Positions 1 to 12,263 of a stretch of 37,834 nucleotides of DNA are shown here, piece after piece. Under the pieces are notes generated by a model. It had not been told where the DNA came from. It was given only the letters and a program-made list of their open reading frames with translations, and ran no database searches. Source of the DNA: Ionaspis alba (Eukaryota); contig CAXUUL010000071.1 of assembly GCA_964255285.1 (NCBI GenBank), forward strand, positions 1 through 37,834. The letters run 5' to 3'. Made by a program: the position numbers and the translations under genes. Every line of letters starts with the position of its first letter. Position 1 is the first letter of the stretch.

Positions 1-1052
1 TGGGAGCCAAGGTACGGCACGGCTCGATCCCGCTGTCTCCTGTGGTTACATTGCGATCGTTGTGCGTTGCTGCTTCTCATAACCCTCATAGACGTGGGCC
101 ACCAGTATTGCCTGAAGTATACTAGATCCTCCACTGCCTGCATCTGCGAGGCAAAATCCCCAACATAAGAATCTCACGTGTTGCCCGGAAATGATACTCG
201 TCGGGCGCGTAGGAGATAGAGGTGTATGCATCGATCCGAAACCTGGGGTAACAGTAGGTGGGGAAATTCTCCGAAATTAGCCTTTCGGAATAACCCAGTT
301 GCTTAGAGTAGACGTCCCAGAGCTTGACCGGATCTCCTCCTCCTGGAAACTAAAGCAGGAGCAGACAGCAGGCAACAGACAGACAGAAAGGCTTTTGCAG
401 TCTGCCTTCAGTCACGAACGGGAAGTTTCTAGTACGCCACGGTCCACAGGGGCATCGAAACATACCAACGGAGACGACCAAGCAGGGATGAGAACGAATA
501 GTACGAAGGTATTGTTCGACTACTAATCCGTGCCAGAGGCTATAGCTACTATCCTGATCTATTCCAGAGAAACGTATACAGTCCGAGACATTATTACATT
601 ATTGATTCGTATGCGTTTCGGTACGCGTGGCTTTTGGCTTTTCTGTCCCTACACTACACCTACACTACCGAAGTAGATCGGCAACCTGGGGCCCCAAAGG
701 CTTGTTGTCCGTGCGAGTACGGCGATACTTAGAATCCAATCAGAAAAAGTCCCGGCCGCCTCTCATGTTGTTGAAGGTCTGAGTCCTGGAGAAATTCAGC
801 AGATGCCAGCCCGCCTGGCGTGCTTCAACCTCTAGTACTATGCTACAGCAGCGCGGCGTCACGGATTGTCAATCGATTGCTCGGCGGCCCTTGTTGTTGA
901 TCCAAGTGGAATTCTCGTCTACTTGAAGCCTGGCTGGCCCTGTATTGAAAATCCCAAGCATCTGTCTCCTGCAACTACAAATATACACACTCTTGTGTCG
1001 TTGAGGCCAGCACTGTATTTACTGGATCACCTTTGTCGAAGAGTTCGCAGTC

Positions 1053-2687
1053 ATGGCCAAGCATCCAAGCCCGGAAGAGATTGCCTACATGAAGGCTCAT
1101 ATTGAGGACAATCGAGCTGACGGTCTTATCGCTTCTCATGTCATTTGCTTCACTGCTGCGTGCATTGCTGTGGGCTTGAGATTCGTAGCCCGTCGACTCG
1201 GGAAGGTCAAGTATGGGCTTGATGTATGTCCTTCCTGTGTGCAGCCTCTGTCCTCCAGAAGAAGCACCAAACACCCCGATCTATTCGAGTCTCAAGCACC
1301 TGTTACTTTACATGTAATGAACGAGGCTAATTGTTGACTTTGATAATAGGATTGGCTAATAGTTGTGGGTCTGGTACGATTGAAACTAGACACCTGATCG
1401 TCTATTGAAACCTTGTGGCTGATCAAGCATGGCATGGTTAGGTACTGACAATGGCGACAATGATATGCAATCTTCTTGGTATAGTTTCTTCTCTTCATCT
1501 GATCGGGAAATTGTTGCTGATGAAGATTGTAGCGGTCTATTTTGGCCTCGGCAGGCATATTATCTTAGCCAAAAGTCCAGTACGCATGGCTCACGTATGG
1601 CATCACCCAACCCCTGTGCATCCAGCGACGTTTTACTGACCTGGAATCTTGATATCAGTGCATTCTGGCCGCCGAACTCCTGTACAATCTCGCTATGATG
1701 ACCATCAAATTCTCGATCCTCAAACTATTCCATCGGATCTTTTTTGTCAGCCGCCGCTTCGTTGCGGCGCTTTGGATTATTGCCTTCGTTGTCTTCGGTT
1801 ATAGTATTGCCTCTGGTGTAGGAGGTATGTTGCCATTTCACTGACTGAGTGACTTCTTTCAACTTTCATGTGCAGATGAACTCCAAGGCTTTTTCAAATC
1901 CAGAAGAGCTCGATCCTACCATCATAGAGATTGAATGCTAACAACGATTTTCAACTTCTTCAGCTCTCTTTCAATGTGTACCACTCAGTGCAGTGTGGGA
2001 TCCCTCAGTCAAGGGCATATGTATCAACGTCCAGCTTGGAGCTACAATCCTTGGTCTTTTCAACGTTTTGACCGACTTTGCCATGTTGATCTTGCCTCTG
2101 CCTCTATTGTGGAAGTTACACATGGCAACAAAGCAAAAGCTCCAGACCATAGGAATTTTCTGTCTCGGCGGCTTGTGAGTTCCATTCGCTCTACGTCCGC
2201 GCCTCCTTATCCGCTAACCTTGTTAGTGTTACCTTCGCATCGATATACCGCACCGTCGTCATTCATACCTTTAGCTACAGTGATGCCAGCTGTAAATGCC
2301 TCCCCTTCCTATTCCTTACGTCTTTTCCCGACCCCGAGCCATGCGGAGAAAGAGCTGACACGTTCACCCTCAGGGACCAACGCTCCAACCGACACCTGGA
2401 CCTTGGTGGAACTCGGCATGGCTGTCGTCTCCGCCTGCCTTCCCACCTACCGCGCGCTCTTCGTCGGTATCAGTGATCTCACGAAGCGTGGCACCTCATA
2501 CAACACAGGCTCGAAAACAGCGACTAACAATTCATCCAGCGCCAATGGCTTGACCCTTCAACAAAGTCACGCGGGTTCGTCCAAGTCGGGTGCGTTTACT
2601 AAGCTGAGCGCTTTAAGCACGGAAAAGGATTCGGTCAGCGAGCTAGAAAGGGGCAGATCGGAAGATGTTACTGGGCATGGCTTTTGA
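1053..2687 (+). CDS. PTH11-like integral membrane protein (fungal rhodopsin domain, no CFEM domain), about 349 aa
   Basis: Exons 1053-1223, 1350-1373, 1442-1478, 1533-1594, 1659-1824, 1964-2174, 2227-2291, 2374-2687, all joined by GT-AG introns; total 1050 nt. The spliced protein has the family motifs LRFVARR..GLDDWLIVVGL, GLGRH, LYNLAMMTIKFSILKLFHRIF, FQCVPLSAVWD, NVLTDFAMLILPLPLLWKLHM, ASIYR and WTLVELGMAVVSACLP, followed by a Ser-rich tail. Confidence 0.9.
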
Positions 2688-4527
2688 AGTTTATAAGGTG
2701 CTGTCTGGGGAGGGGCAGAACAAAGGAGTAAAGGGACCAAGAGATGGACAGCTGAGTTGCTGGAAGAGGAAAAAGCCTCCAAGTCAAGAAAGAAAGCGGA
2801 GGGGAACTACAGTCTTCACAAGGGAGATGATCCGCTTAGGAATTTGATGGAGAGTGGGAAAAGATAATAGTGGTCTTCACCGAGGAGTTTTACTTTTTCT
2901 GTTGGGGGGATTCTTATACCAGTGGAAGCTACGTTCGTGTGCACCTATGTTGGAGTCGGGTGCACGTATTATTATTAGTTCCATTCATGTAGACAAATAG
3001 CTATCCGCAAGATTTCACGAGAAAAGTTGAGCGTGGCATCCAATCCCCAGAGATTTTCAGCAATCTAACGTTAGAGCACGGTGCGTTTGAATCGGAAGCA
3101 TTGCATTGCATTTGTGTATAGAGGGTAGTTGCTATAATGGTAGAAAGTATACATGGATTCTATTCGAGAACTTTAGTGAGTTATGGCCTAGGAAAATCGC
3201 GGCAGTATCCGGGATAGGTAGCATTTCCCCTCAGTGCCAGTGATTGAGAGGTTACACGTAAATATATATATCTGAGCTGAATAGAACCTCACCCACTCAT
3301 TCAGGACATATCTGATATGTTTTCTATACTTCATGAGTCTAGGAAGTCTTGCCTGACGAGGGAGCAACAGGAATAAGGGGAAAACCCCCTCCATCCTTGC
3401 TCGGCTGCACTGCTGCATTACGAAGTCTACTCATGTTCCACAACGAAGATTATTGTATAGCGCACGGCGCGCAAATCATGTTCTCCATAAACATTGCTCA
3501 CCCAAAGCGGCCCTTAAAGTCTGCTCGGGTGTGCCTGAATTTCTAACCACTCGATGGGTACTGTAACACCGGCAACGCGAAAGAAGAAAAACAAGGAATT
3601 GTGGTGCTCGTCTCATTCTGCATCTTGTTTAGGAAGCAACGCTCCATATCTTCAACATATACCCTTAGCGCCGGACAGCAGCAGGCAGCGGACATGGACT
3701 CCGAGACTGCCTTCAGTGCAAACATCGACACCTTCTCCAACACCTTCTCCTCCGACCGATTTAGCAGATCAACGCAAGAGTCAAGATTGGTGTGGGGCCA
3801 TTGGGCAGCAGAGTTTTGTCGATGGGCTTCCTTCCCTGCATCCGCGGCGAGCATATCCTATCAATGTCTTGAAGCTCGGATCCAAGTCGAAGCAATGTAT
3901 GAAGAGTTTTTGGTTGGCTGTACAGCCCATCCTACCAGAATTGCAGCAAGCACGAAAACACTTTAGGGTCATGCTCTTCTTCGTCCAGCTCATGCGCACA
4001 TACGCTTTGAGATCAAAATCTTTCAGCGTGCCTTTTCTGACGGATGGAAGCAGACGTCAGATTGGGATATTTGTCCTGAGATCTAGCTGTCTTCCAGTGG
4101 TTGTGATTCGCGCACTGGTGAAATCTTCTACGCATCTCTATGCCATGTATCGTTGCCGCCGCTTCTATCTTGAAAATCTGTTTTGGTTGCCCTCGACCTG
4201 ATCCGTAGAGGCGCCTCGCGATGGCCACTGCTCCGCTCATCCATAGACCCACCGCTCTTGCGTGTGCATACCCGGCTTGCATGGTGGAATGATTTCACTG
4301 AGATAATCGTCCATGGTCGCTGCTTCTCAAATTGGCCGTCACTGCTTATATGACGGCCATAATCCTACTCCTTGCGGATGTACGCTTTTGGTCCTCGATA
4401 TTGAGTGAATGACAGAATCATCAGATTCGAATCTTTCTCGAAGACGTGTTATAGCTTTGAATCGTCGCTGTACATTGATCTTGTTCCTCGTTGCATTAGC
4501 AGTGTCAAATCATCGGATTATCCAACC

Positions 4528-6614
4528 ATGACAATCCTCACAGCTTCTTCGAGCTCGCCTCCAACTGAGAAGATTTGTACTCATGTGGAGACCGTACACA
4601 GCAAAGAAAACGTGCCAGGCCAGACAGAATTCCTTGAAAAGCACGGCCTGCGGACAGATAGTGAGGATCAGGACCATAGCCTTGAGCATGAACCTAGGGT
4701 ACATCGGAGCTTACCGATTAATATAAGTTGTTCGACTGACAAGGCGCCTCATAGTTGAGTTTCAAGCGCCTGATGTCCTTGGTTGCAATGGCTTTCCTCT
4801 GGACTGGCTCTCAGATTCCAGTGTACCTCTTTGGGGCGATCCCCCCTTATATCTATGGCGACATTGGAGGCATAGATCGATGGGTGTGGTTCGTAAGTCT
4901 TGCCACATCTCTCCTGACAGGCTCAACCTAATGACTACTTCAGATATTGGCCAATCTTCTTGCTCTTGCGGCTGTCTGCCCTTTTGTGGGATCACTGTCC
5001 GATTTACTGGGACGACGTTACGTTGCCATCTTTGGCGCTTCCTTTATCGTCCTTGGTATGATCTTGTGCTCGACCGCGCACGAGATGAACACCTTCATCG
5101 GTGGGTCTCTCGTTCCTTGTAGAACCAGACCGGAATCTTACTGATAGGACGACAGTCGGTATGGTGTTTGCTGGTATTGGTGCTGGTGTTAATGAGCTCA
5201 CGGCGTTGGCGGTAACTTCAGAACTTGCACCGGCGAGCAAGCGAGGGAAATACGTGGCAATCTTAATATTCACGATACTTCCCTTCTGCCCCTCTGTCCT
5301 CTGGGGTCAGCTCATTGCATTTCATGCCGGATGGAGATACTGTGGACTTCTGTGTGGGGTTTGGGCAGCCGTGGGTCTTTTCTTGACCATCTTCTTCTAT
5401 TTCCCTCCACCAAGGGCCAATTCCACGGGCTTGACCAGAAAGGAGATCGTTGGCCAGATCGACTTCTTGGGAGGATTCCTGAGTGTAGTCGGTATCCTCC
5501 TATTCATCTGCGCCTTACAATGGGGAGGCTACCAGGTTTGTCAAACAAATCGTCCTTCCTTCCGCTGAAACACAGGACTTATACGGGACTAGTACGCTTG
5601 GTCATCTGCCCACGTTCTTGCTCCTCTCCTCCTTGGAATTTTCTTGCTCCTCGCTTTCGTGGTATGGGAATTCAAGATCGCCAAATTTCCCATGTTCCCA
5701 AGGCGTCTCGGACAAGCTCCCAGAACATTAGCTTTAACTTTACTGATCACCTTCATTTCTGGAGCCAATTTCTTCTCTATCCTCATGTTCTGGCCGACAC
5801 AAGCCTTCAATGTCTACGGCCATGATCCTGTGGGGCTTGGCATTCGCGGCCTTCCAGTGGCCTTCAGTATACTAGCAGGTGCCTGCGTTGTACTCTGGCT
5901 ATTGAGTGTTTGTCGCGGGCGTAATAAAGAACTCATGATTGCGTCCTCCGTGCTAATGACGGCTGGTATGGCTATGAAACCATCCCTATCCAATGCAATA
6001 TGCTTATACATATGTAGGATGCGGCTCTCTAGCCGTAGCACGAGCTGACAACTTATATGTCCTCTGGGGTCTATTGGTCCTTGGGGGGCTTGGAATTGGT
6101 GGAATTGTCGTTCCAGCCTCGATTATCACGATCATCATATGTCCAGACGTTAGTCGAATCATTCTCCTTCCCAGTCGTTATATACTGACATGGTACTTAG
6201 GACTTGATTGCAACAATTGGAGCGCTCACCTTGGCCATTCGAGTCATTGGAGGTAGCATTGGCTACGCAGTATACTACAACGTGTTCGTCAATAAATTCG
6301 TGACCAACGCTCTGCTCTATATTGGTAGTGCAATGGCCGTCGAACTCAATATCACAAACGAGACCTCCATCATGGAAGCGATCGTGCTTACGGGGGCCTC
6401 ACAGCTCGAGGAACTCAGAATGATTCCAGGCATTGGGCAGAACGATACGGCTTATGCTATCGTGGTGGAGGCTGGGCAGATAGCTTTTGCCGAGAGCTAC
6501 AAGTATATCTATCTTACGAGTATTGCGTTTGGCGTGGTAAGTATCCTTGCCGCTTGCTTCCTCGGCGATATCAATAGTTTCATGGACGATCATGTGGCAG
6601 TCGTGATGCACTGA
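4528..6614 (+). CDS. MFS transporter, TRI12 (fungal trichothecene efflux pump)-like DHA2/14-TM family, about 587 aa
   Basis: Exons 4528-4698, 4755-4892, 4944-5100, 5156-5535, 5593-5965, 6018-6148, 6201-6614; total 1764 nt. MFS motif A (GSLSDLLGRRY), GVNELTALAVTSELAPASKRG, FYFPPPR, IDFLGGFLS, QWGGYQYAWSSAHVL and many TM segments. Confidence 0.9.
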
Positions 6615-7185
6615 TACGATATGTGGATTTCCTAAAGCTTGCATTCTGTTGGCTTGTGTTTTACTGGCCCTAAAGATTGTTCGTGCGACACTTCAATTGT
6701 TTTGTTTGAAAATGATAGAGCAGCCTTCGTGAGGATAAACACGCACGGTCTTCATGCAGACAATGCAGTTGTTGGCATAGACAATTTGAGCCATTCGACA
6801 GCGTGCTGTAACCTTCTTGCTATATCGTAACAGGAAGAATCGACTTTGGGTATTCGTATTTCCCTTCCGTCTCGGCAATTTCTGTATTGTGGCCTAGGGA
6901 TCGAATTGATTGGTGAGGCAATTGGTACTGTTGATAACGTAACGAGCAAAACAGACGTTGACAGTGGGCCCGCCTGAGCGCGTTTGACCAATCTGCGGTT
7001 CCCAATGTTTAGCTCCATGGTTTGATGCTTTGTGTGATTCGAAGCAGGAGATCTACCCCCTTTGCTCCAACATGTGTGATTGTAACAACACACAAGCGAA
7101 GCATCTTATTAATACATAAGCCCAGCTCATTATAGATGGCTCTATTTCCAAAGCTTTCAAGGTTCTCCCAGACAATACCGGGCCG

Positions 7186-8187
7186 TCAGCCAAAATATTT
7201 GCCGAGTATTGACAATGACCACGAAGAGACAGGAGCTATGGGTTGGGTTTGCGCTGTTTGTGCTGATGCGGATGATACTTGTGAAGGTCTGGCACAACGT
7301 GCGGATGCCTCTGCTAGAATCGCACCACTATCAATATCTTCTAGAGTGGCCTTCGTGATCACAGGGAGGTCCGTATCATCGATTGTAGCAGACTCATCGA
7401 TCTCTGCCCTGATGACATGAAAGCGATTAGCTAATGTTGGTTTGCGATATGTTATCTTCATATCCATTGCCAGACCGTCTGCACTGGAAAAGTCTCCTTT
7501 CTCGCCGGCAATTAGTCTCTCCATATGCTCCTGCATAATGGTAGCTATTGCGCCTCCATGCGTAACACCAGGCCATCCTGAAAGTGATCCGCCAAAGAAC
7601 GCAACGCCAATACTTCGTTGTTCTTTCTCATTCCAGAATATCTTCTGCACTCCTAGCCCCCTTGAACCTCCCATTGCACCAGCAGTGAAACTGGACTGTC
7701 TCTGTAACATACTTTTGTCGTCGTAAGCCTCCATCTCTTGCCACTCATTGGAATATGATCGCAGCTCCTTCACTATAGACAGTTCGTCCACGTCGCGATG
7801 AAGGGCTGCTGTATAAAGAGCATCTTCCTGGGAGCCAGGAACTGGAAGTGGGGGAGGCACAACCGCAAATCTCACAACCTGGCCGAAAACGTAGCCACCA
7901 AGGAGGAAGACTGTAGCGTAGAAAATGTTCCGAGTGCGGAAACGATGGGTTCGCTGATACCGTTCCGCCGGACGCAGAGGAAGGGCCGTGGATGCAGGCT
8001 TTGTGTCATTGCTTGGGATCTGTGTAGACACGGTACGTTTCGAATTTAGAGTTCTAGGATAATTCAGGCTTGCGATACCATACATACAGGATGATCGCAG
8101 AGATCCTTGAGGGAGCAAAGCGCCAGGTCGACCGCAAGTAGATGCCAGCACTTGCATGACTGTGGGATTGCCTAGTCGGGGTGTCAT
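7186..8187 (-). CDS. HotDog-fold thioesterase superfamily protein (FMP10/THEM4-like, probably mitochondrial)
   Basis: Single long ORF with FFGGSLSGWPGVTHGGAIAT and ITYRKPT motifs, an Arg/Ser-rich N-terminus resembling a targeting peptide, and one TM segment (IFYATVFLLGGYVFG). The start is uncertain: ATG at 8187 or 8157. The ORF-track start at 8241 is TTG. Confidence 0.85.
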   Translation of the reverse strand: MTPRLGNPTVMQVLASTCGRPGALLPQGSLRSSCMYGIASLNYPRTLNSKRTVSTQIPSNDTKPASTALPLRPAERYQRTHRFRTRNIFYATVFLLGGYVFGQVVRFAVVPPPLPVPGSQEDALYTAALHRDVDELSIVKELRSYSNEWQEMEAYDDKSMLQRQSSFTAGAMGGSRGLGVQKIFWNEKEQRSIGVAFFGGSLSGWPGVTHGGAIATIMQEHMERLIAGEKGDFSSADGLAMDMKITYRKPTLANRFHVIRAEIDESATIDDTDLPVITKATLEDIDSGAILAEASARCARPSQVSSASAQTAQTQPIAPVSSWSLSILGKYFG

Positions 8188-8865
8188 GATACTGCAGTGA
8201 CTCAACGGGGAGGCTCGCCACGAGTACTGCGGTATTTGCAAGCTTAGGTGGTAAGTAGTTGATATTAGAGGTCAGGAATGGGTCATGATAGTTGCCCATC
8301 GTTCAATATGTAAGGCCTCCCATGTCCTAGCAGGGATTAGGGCTGCGAGTACCTTGTCGGAGGATCATCGACAATTACATATCTGCGATGTAAGCATGTC
8401 TGAGCCGTGGATTTGAAACCTGAGCAATCAACATTCAAGATTTTGTTATCCAACGGTGGCAGCAAGCCAATGTTCGTCCTCTACCAAACGTCGTTTTCCT
8501 TCTTGGGAAACAGACGCTGCTCCTTTAGGATTATTGATTGATCAATCAAGCTTACCGATTTACTTCGAGCTTCCTGCGGGATTCGTTGAGATGGGTTTTC
8601 GCTCTCCCTCTGTCTCTGGTTCTGATCCTGTGGACGAGGCTGCGCTGCTTAGAAATACTGGCGTTGCTAGGACTACCCCTTTCATCCATCTATAAAAGAA
8701 TGGCTACGCCGTAAATCCCACTTGCTCCGCTCGACTCGTGCACACTTCGATTTCACTTGTCTGCTTCTTCCTAGACCTATTCTATTGTTGCCTTCTCTCT
8801 GTTCTCAACACGTTTTCCTTGACACCTTTAGGATATCACGAACATAGCCTTCGCGGAGCCTCGCA

Positions 8866-9828
8866 ATGCTGATCCCCTCTTTCACTAAAACATACCATCA
8901 TGATGTCTATCCTGCCATAGACGCCCATCGCCCACAGCTGTCTGCCAGCGGCAAAACTGTTCTGGTCACAGGTGCTGGCCAAGGCATTGGAGCTGCTATC
9001 ACAAACAACTTCGCCCTTGCTGGTGCCGCCAATCTCGTCATTCTCGGTCGAAACTCCGAGACCCTCAACGCCGTGAAGTCAAAGGTCGAAAGCGGCAAGG
9101 ACAGCACGTCCAAAGTCCACGTTTATCAGGCCGATATCACGGATGAGAGTAGGATCAACCAAGTCTTCGCAGACGTTGTGAACAAGATCGGTCCGGTGGA
9201 CATTTGCATTGCCAATGCGGGATACCTTCCTTCTCCTGGACCAATCGCCAAATGCTCGGTCGAGGAATTCTGGCGTGGCTACGAGATCAATGTCAAAGGC
9301 GCATTCATTGTCACCAAAGCCTTTCTCCGAGCTGCATCCGCAAACCCAACTCTCATCAATATTTCGAGTGGTGCCGCTTTAGCGCAATACGCAGGTCCTT
9401 TCTCAAGCTACTCGGGCAGCAAGGCAGGGGAAGTGCGCCTAATGGATAGCGTCGCCGCTGAATGCCCTCATGTGAGGGTTTTCAATGTCCAACCAGGCTT
9501 TATTGCGACAGCCATGGGTGAAAAATCTGGGATCAATGTCTCACCATTTGATAGTGGTGAGTCAAATTTGGTTTGACTAGCCCTGTTTTGGCGGTTTGGC
9601 TTACTGTATCTTCTAGTCAACTTACCTGCTGGATTCTGCTTGTGGCTTGCCAGTTCCGAAGGAGAGTTCTTGCGTGGGAGGTTTGTGAATGCAAATTGGG
9701 ACGTGGATGAAATGAAGGCGATGAAGGAGGAGATCGTCAACAACCCACAGCTTTTGACTTTGAATATCACAGGGTTTCCTTTTAAGTATACTACGGAGAT
9801 CAAGGTCGGAGCAGAGATTCAGGGTTAG
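8866..9828 (+). CDS. Classical short-chain dehydrogenase/reductase (NAD(P)-binding), about 300 aa
   Basis: Exons 8866-9556 and 9617-9828 (intron GTGAGT...CTAG). Motifs TGAGQGIG, IANAG, catalytic S and YSGSK, NVQPGFIAT, and C-terminal WLASSEGEFLRGRFVNANWDVDEM. Confidence 0.92.
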
Positions 9829-10753
9829 TGGGATCATCACGAGGCAGAGGAAGCACATTGTAGGGTAAAGACGCGCACATTCAGGACGCCAGAAGATCAG
9901 TTTGGACCATAAGTACCGACGAACACAGGCTCTTAGGAGATTTAAAAACTTCACAGTACCATGAAACGCTGTGTGATGATCAATTGCATGCTCAACGTTA
10001 ATACACTAGCCTTAGCCTTCGGCTTCATGATTGCCAAACCGTGGGACTCTCCACCTAAATAGAAAGAGATTACATCCCTGACCGCGGAAAGCTTTGGACA
10101 CTCTGCCCTTGTTAAAGAATGCTTCTAGTCCACCAAAACCATCTTCGATCTTCCCCATGTTTGCGGTTTATTTTGGGTGAAGGTCTTCTAAATTAACTGT
10201 AGCCATGCATTCGTTTGAACCATTCGCACGGCATTTCCTTATCAATCCCTGTAATATCCTTTCAGACTACCATGACAACGCGGGCATCTGAGAGCTCCAC
10301 TACTCAACTTACATTCTGCATGCGTGTTAAAGTGGAAGACAGCAAAATTATTCAGTCTCAAAGAACAGACCACTGTCGGTGCTTTTCTTGTTCGAGTGCT
10401 GAGAGAAGGGGGGTTGTCAGCGTTGAGGTGCAAGATGTAGAATTTCTAAGTACCTAAAAGGTAGGAAGTACTATCTAGACTACGCTACTAACGGCTAAAC
10501 TTTTGTCCGCCCTGCTTGCCTCTTTCCGTCCTTGACAGTGCTATATCCTCGCAGTCTGGGTTATAGACTTCTCGCTTGAATTGACCCCTATAGCGCTGAA
10601 AGAGGAGTATCGATCTGTACAATCTTGAGTATGACTCGCAGATCTGGTGTCACCCTCAAGTTCTACCGACCAAATGACCCAAGACAGAGCCCGACGATGT
10701 TTGTGGCGCACCCAGAGCCAAGCCAGTCAAGCCTCAAAAGCAAGTTTGATGCT

Positions 10754-10775
10754 CCTACGTCAAACCCTACGTCAT
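10754..10775. promoter_or_regulatory. Tandem CRE/ATF-like sites (CCTACGTCA x2) upstream of the small Gly-rich gene
   Basis: CCTACGTCA at 10754-10762 and 10766-10774. The second copy includes ACGTCAT, the reverse complement of the Atf1/M26 core ATGACGT. The sites lie about 170-190 bp before the ATG at 10944. Sequence match only. Confidence 0.35.
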
Positions 10776-10943
10776 TTCCATTCTGGGCATATGGACCAAG
10801 GTTGTAATTAAACCTCATATGCGCTCAAGCCTTTAATCACAACCAAATACTTTCTCTCGATCTGCAGGACAACAGCAATTCTATCAGAGTACTGCAATTC
10901 TTCGCCTACACAACCCAAATCAACCATAGAGAAGCACTCAACA

Positions 10944-11545
10944 ATGGAGTGGACCAAGGAAAAGTACAACAGCGCCTACAATTCTTGTAAGTATTTCGAC
11001 ATGTTCCCTCGATTAAACCATCGCTCGAACTTCACAATCTCGACTTGAGTGACCTGCGCTTGAGCAATCCATGTGGACTATCTTGTTACCAGCTAACATA
11101 CGTCTAGATGTACCCTGGCTGGAAGACAAATACCTTGCCTGGTTTGGCGAGAACAAGACCTCCTATACCGCCAAAGGTAAACTCCTATACACTTCCAGAC
11201 CCCAGATCCTATATTCACCCTCTGACTTGGGTTTTGTTCTCCCTCTCGCTCGTCTGCTTTTGCATCATTTCGGCTAATATCCACTCGACAGAACAACTGC
11301 GGAAAACCGAGATCACCGGTGACAAGAATATCAACAAAATCCAGGACGGTGTGATCGATGGTGTCGGTGGACAACTCGGAAGCGGAGGACTTCTTGGAGG
11401 TGTCGGCGACATGGCCAGTAAGCAAGGAGTGAACCGAGCCGAAAGGGGTGACACAGGTCCTATCGATAAGAAGGAATTGGAGAAGCAGCAGAAGGGTTGG
11501 GGCGAGACCTTGAGCGGAGGTATGTTGGGCGGTGGGAAGAAGTAA
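10944..11545 (+). CDS. Small hydrophilic Gly-rich conserved fungal protein of unknown function, about 121 aa
   Basis: Exons 10944-10986, 11108-11176, 11292-11545; total 366 nt. Spliced protein: MEWTKEKYNSAYNSYVPWLEDKYLAWFGENKTSYTAKEQLRKTEITGDKNINKIQDGVIDGVGGQLGSGGLLGGVGDMASKQGVNRAERG...GGGKK. Good ATG context (ACAATG) and canonical splice sites. Confidence 0.82.
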
Positions 11546-12263
11546 ATTTGTGATGCGAAGTTCACAGCTAGGGCGATGATAAGGACGCCTGAGAAGTGGT
11601 ATTTACGATCATGTTTTTCCGCATGTCGATTGGGTTCTTATACTTTTGTTGGATATCCACTATAAATTGGGCTTCACTTGAGTGAGATTGTAAGATCATG
11701 AGCAATCCTTACGTATGATAAACAAGTCATGAGATTCGTAGAATCCCATGTATGTGCAATTGGTTTACCGCCTCCGGAACTGTCCATACTCTATAGTACA
11801 TCCGGCGCAACATGATGTGCCTGCTATGCTGTTAAAGTGTCTTTAATGGTGAGTGTTGAAGATTAGGGTCGTTACAAAACGTTCTGTCAAGGAATCGAAG
11901 ACACAACAATGCGGGGCTGGGACTCCGAGGGCAAGGCAAATTCTAAAGGCGACTCAAATTTCAAAAAAATCTTGTTGATCGAAGAAGGGACTGGACCATT
12001 TAGTGAACCTGTGGAGCAACTGGCCACAAATTCGTTTCAATTTTGCATGTAGAGCTTTTTGTGTTGGAAAAAGGAGGGCAACGATATAGAATTATCGTAA
12101 TCCGGTTACTAGCATGGTTCCTACCAAGCCCGCAGCATGCACGAGTTACATAAAAGGACATGTGTGAAGCCAGGGCTGAATCCAAGCTCATTGCTCGTAC
12201 CATTTGAACAATGAATCAAGGCTGAAGGCTGCAGAAATCTGGCATAGTAGACCTCGATGCGCT

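Noticed and set aside
3543..4282. Overlapping ORFs on both strands (e.g. 3554-4201 +, 3543-3854 -), possibly a decayed gene
   Set aside because: No recognisable motif and no coherent spliced model; the minus-strand frames are broken by stops.
6693..7093. Minus-strand ORFs with a mildly hydrophobic stretch and a few Cys, suggesting a small secreted protein
   Set aside because: No clean signal peptide or consistent exon chain; it lies between the 3' ends of flanking genes.
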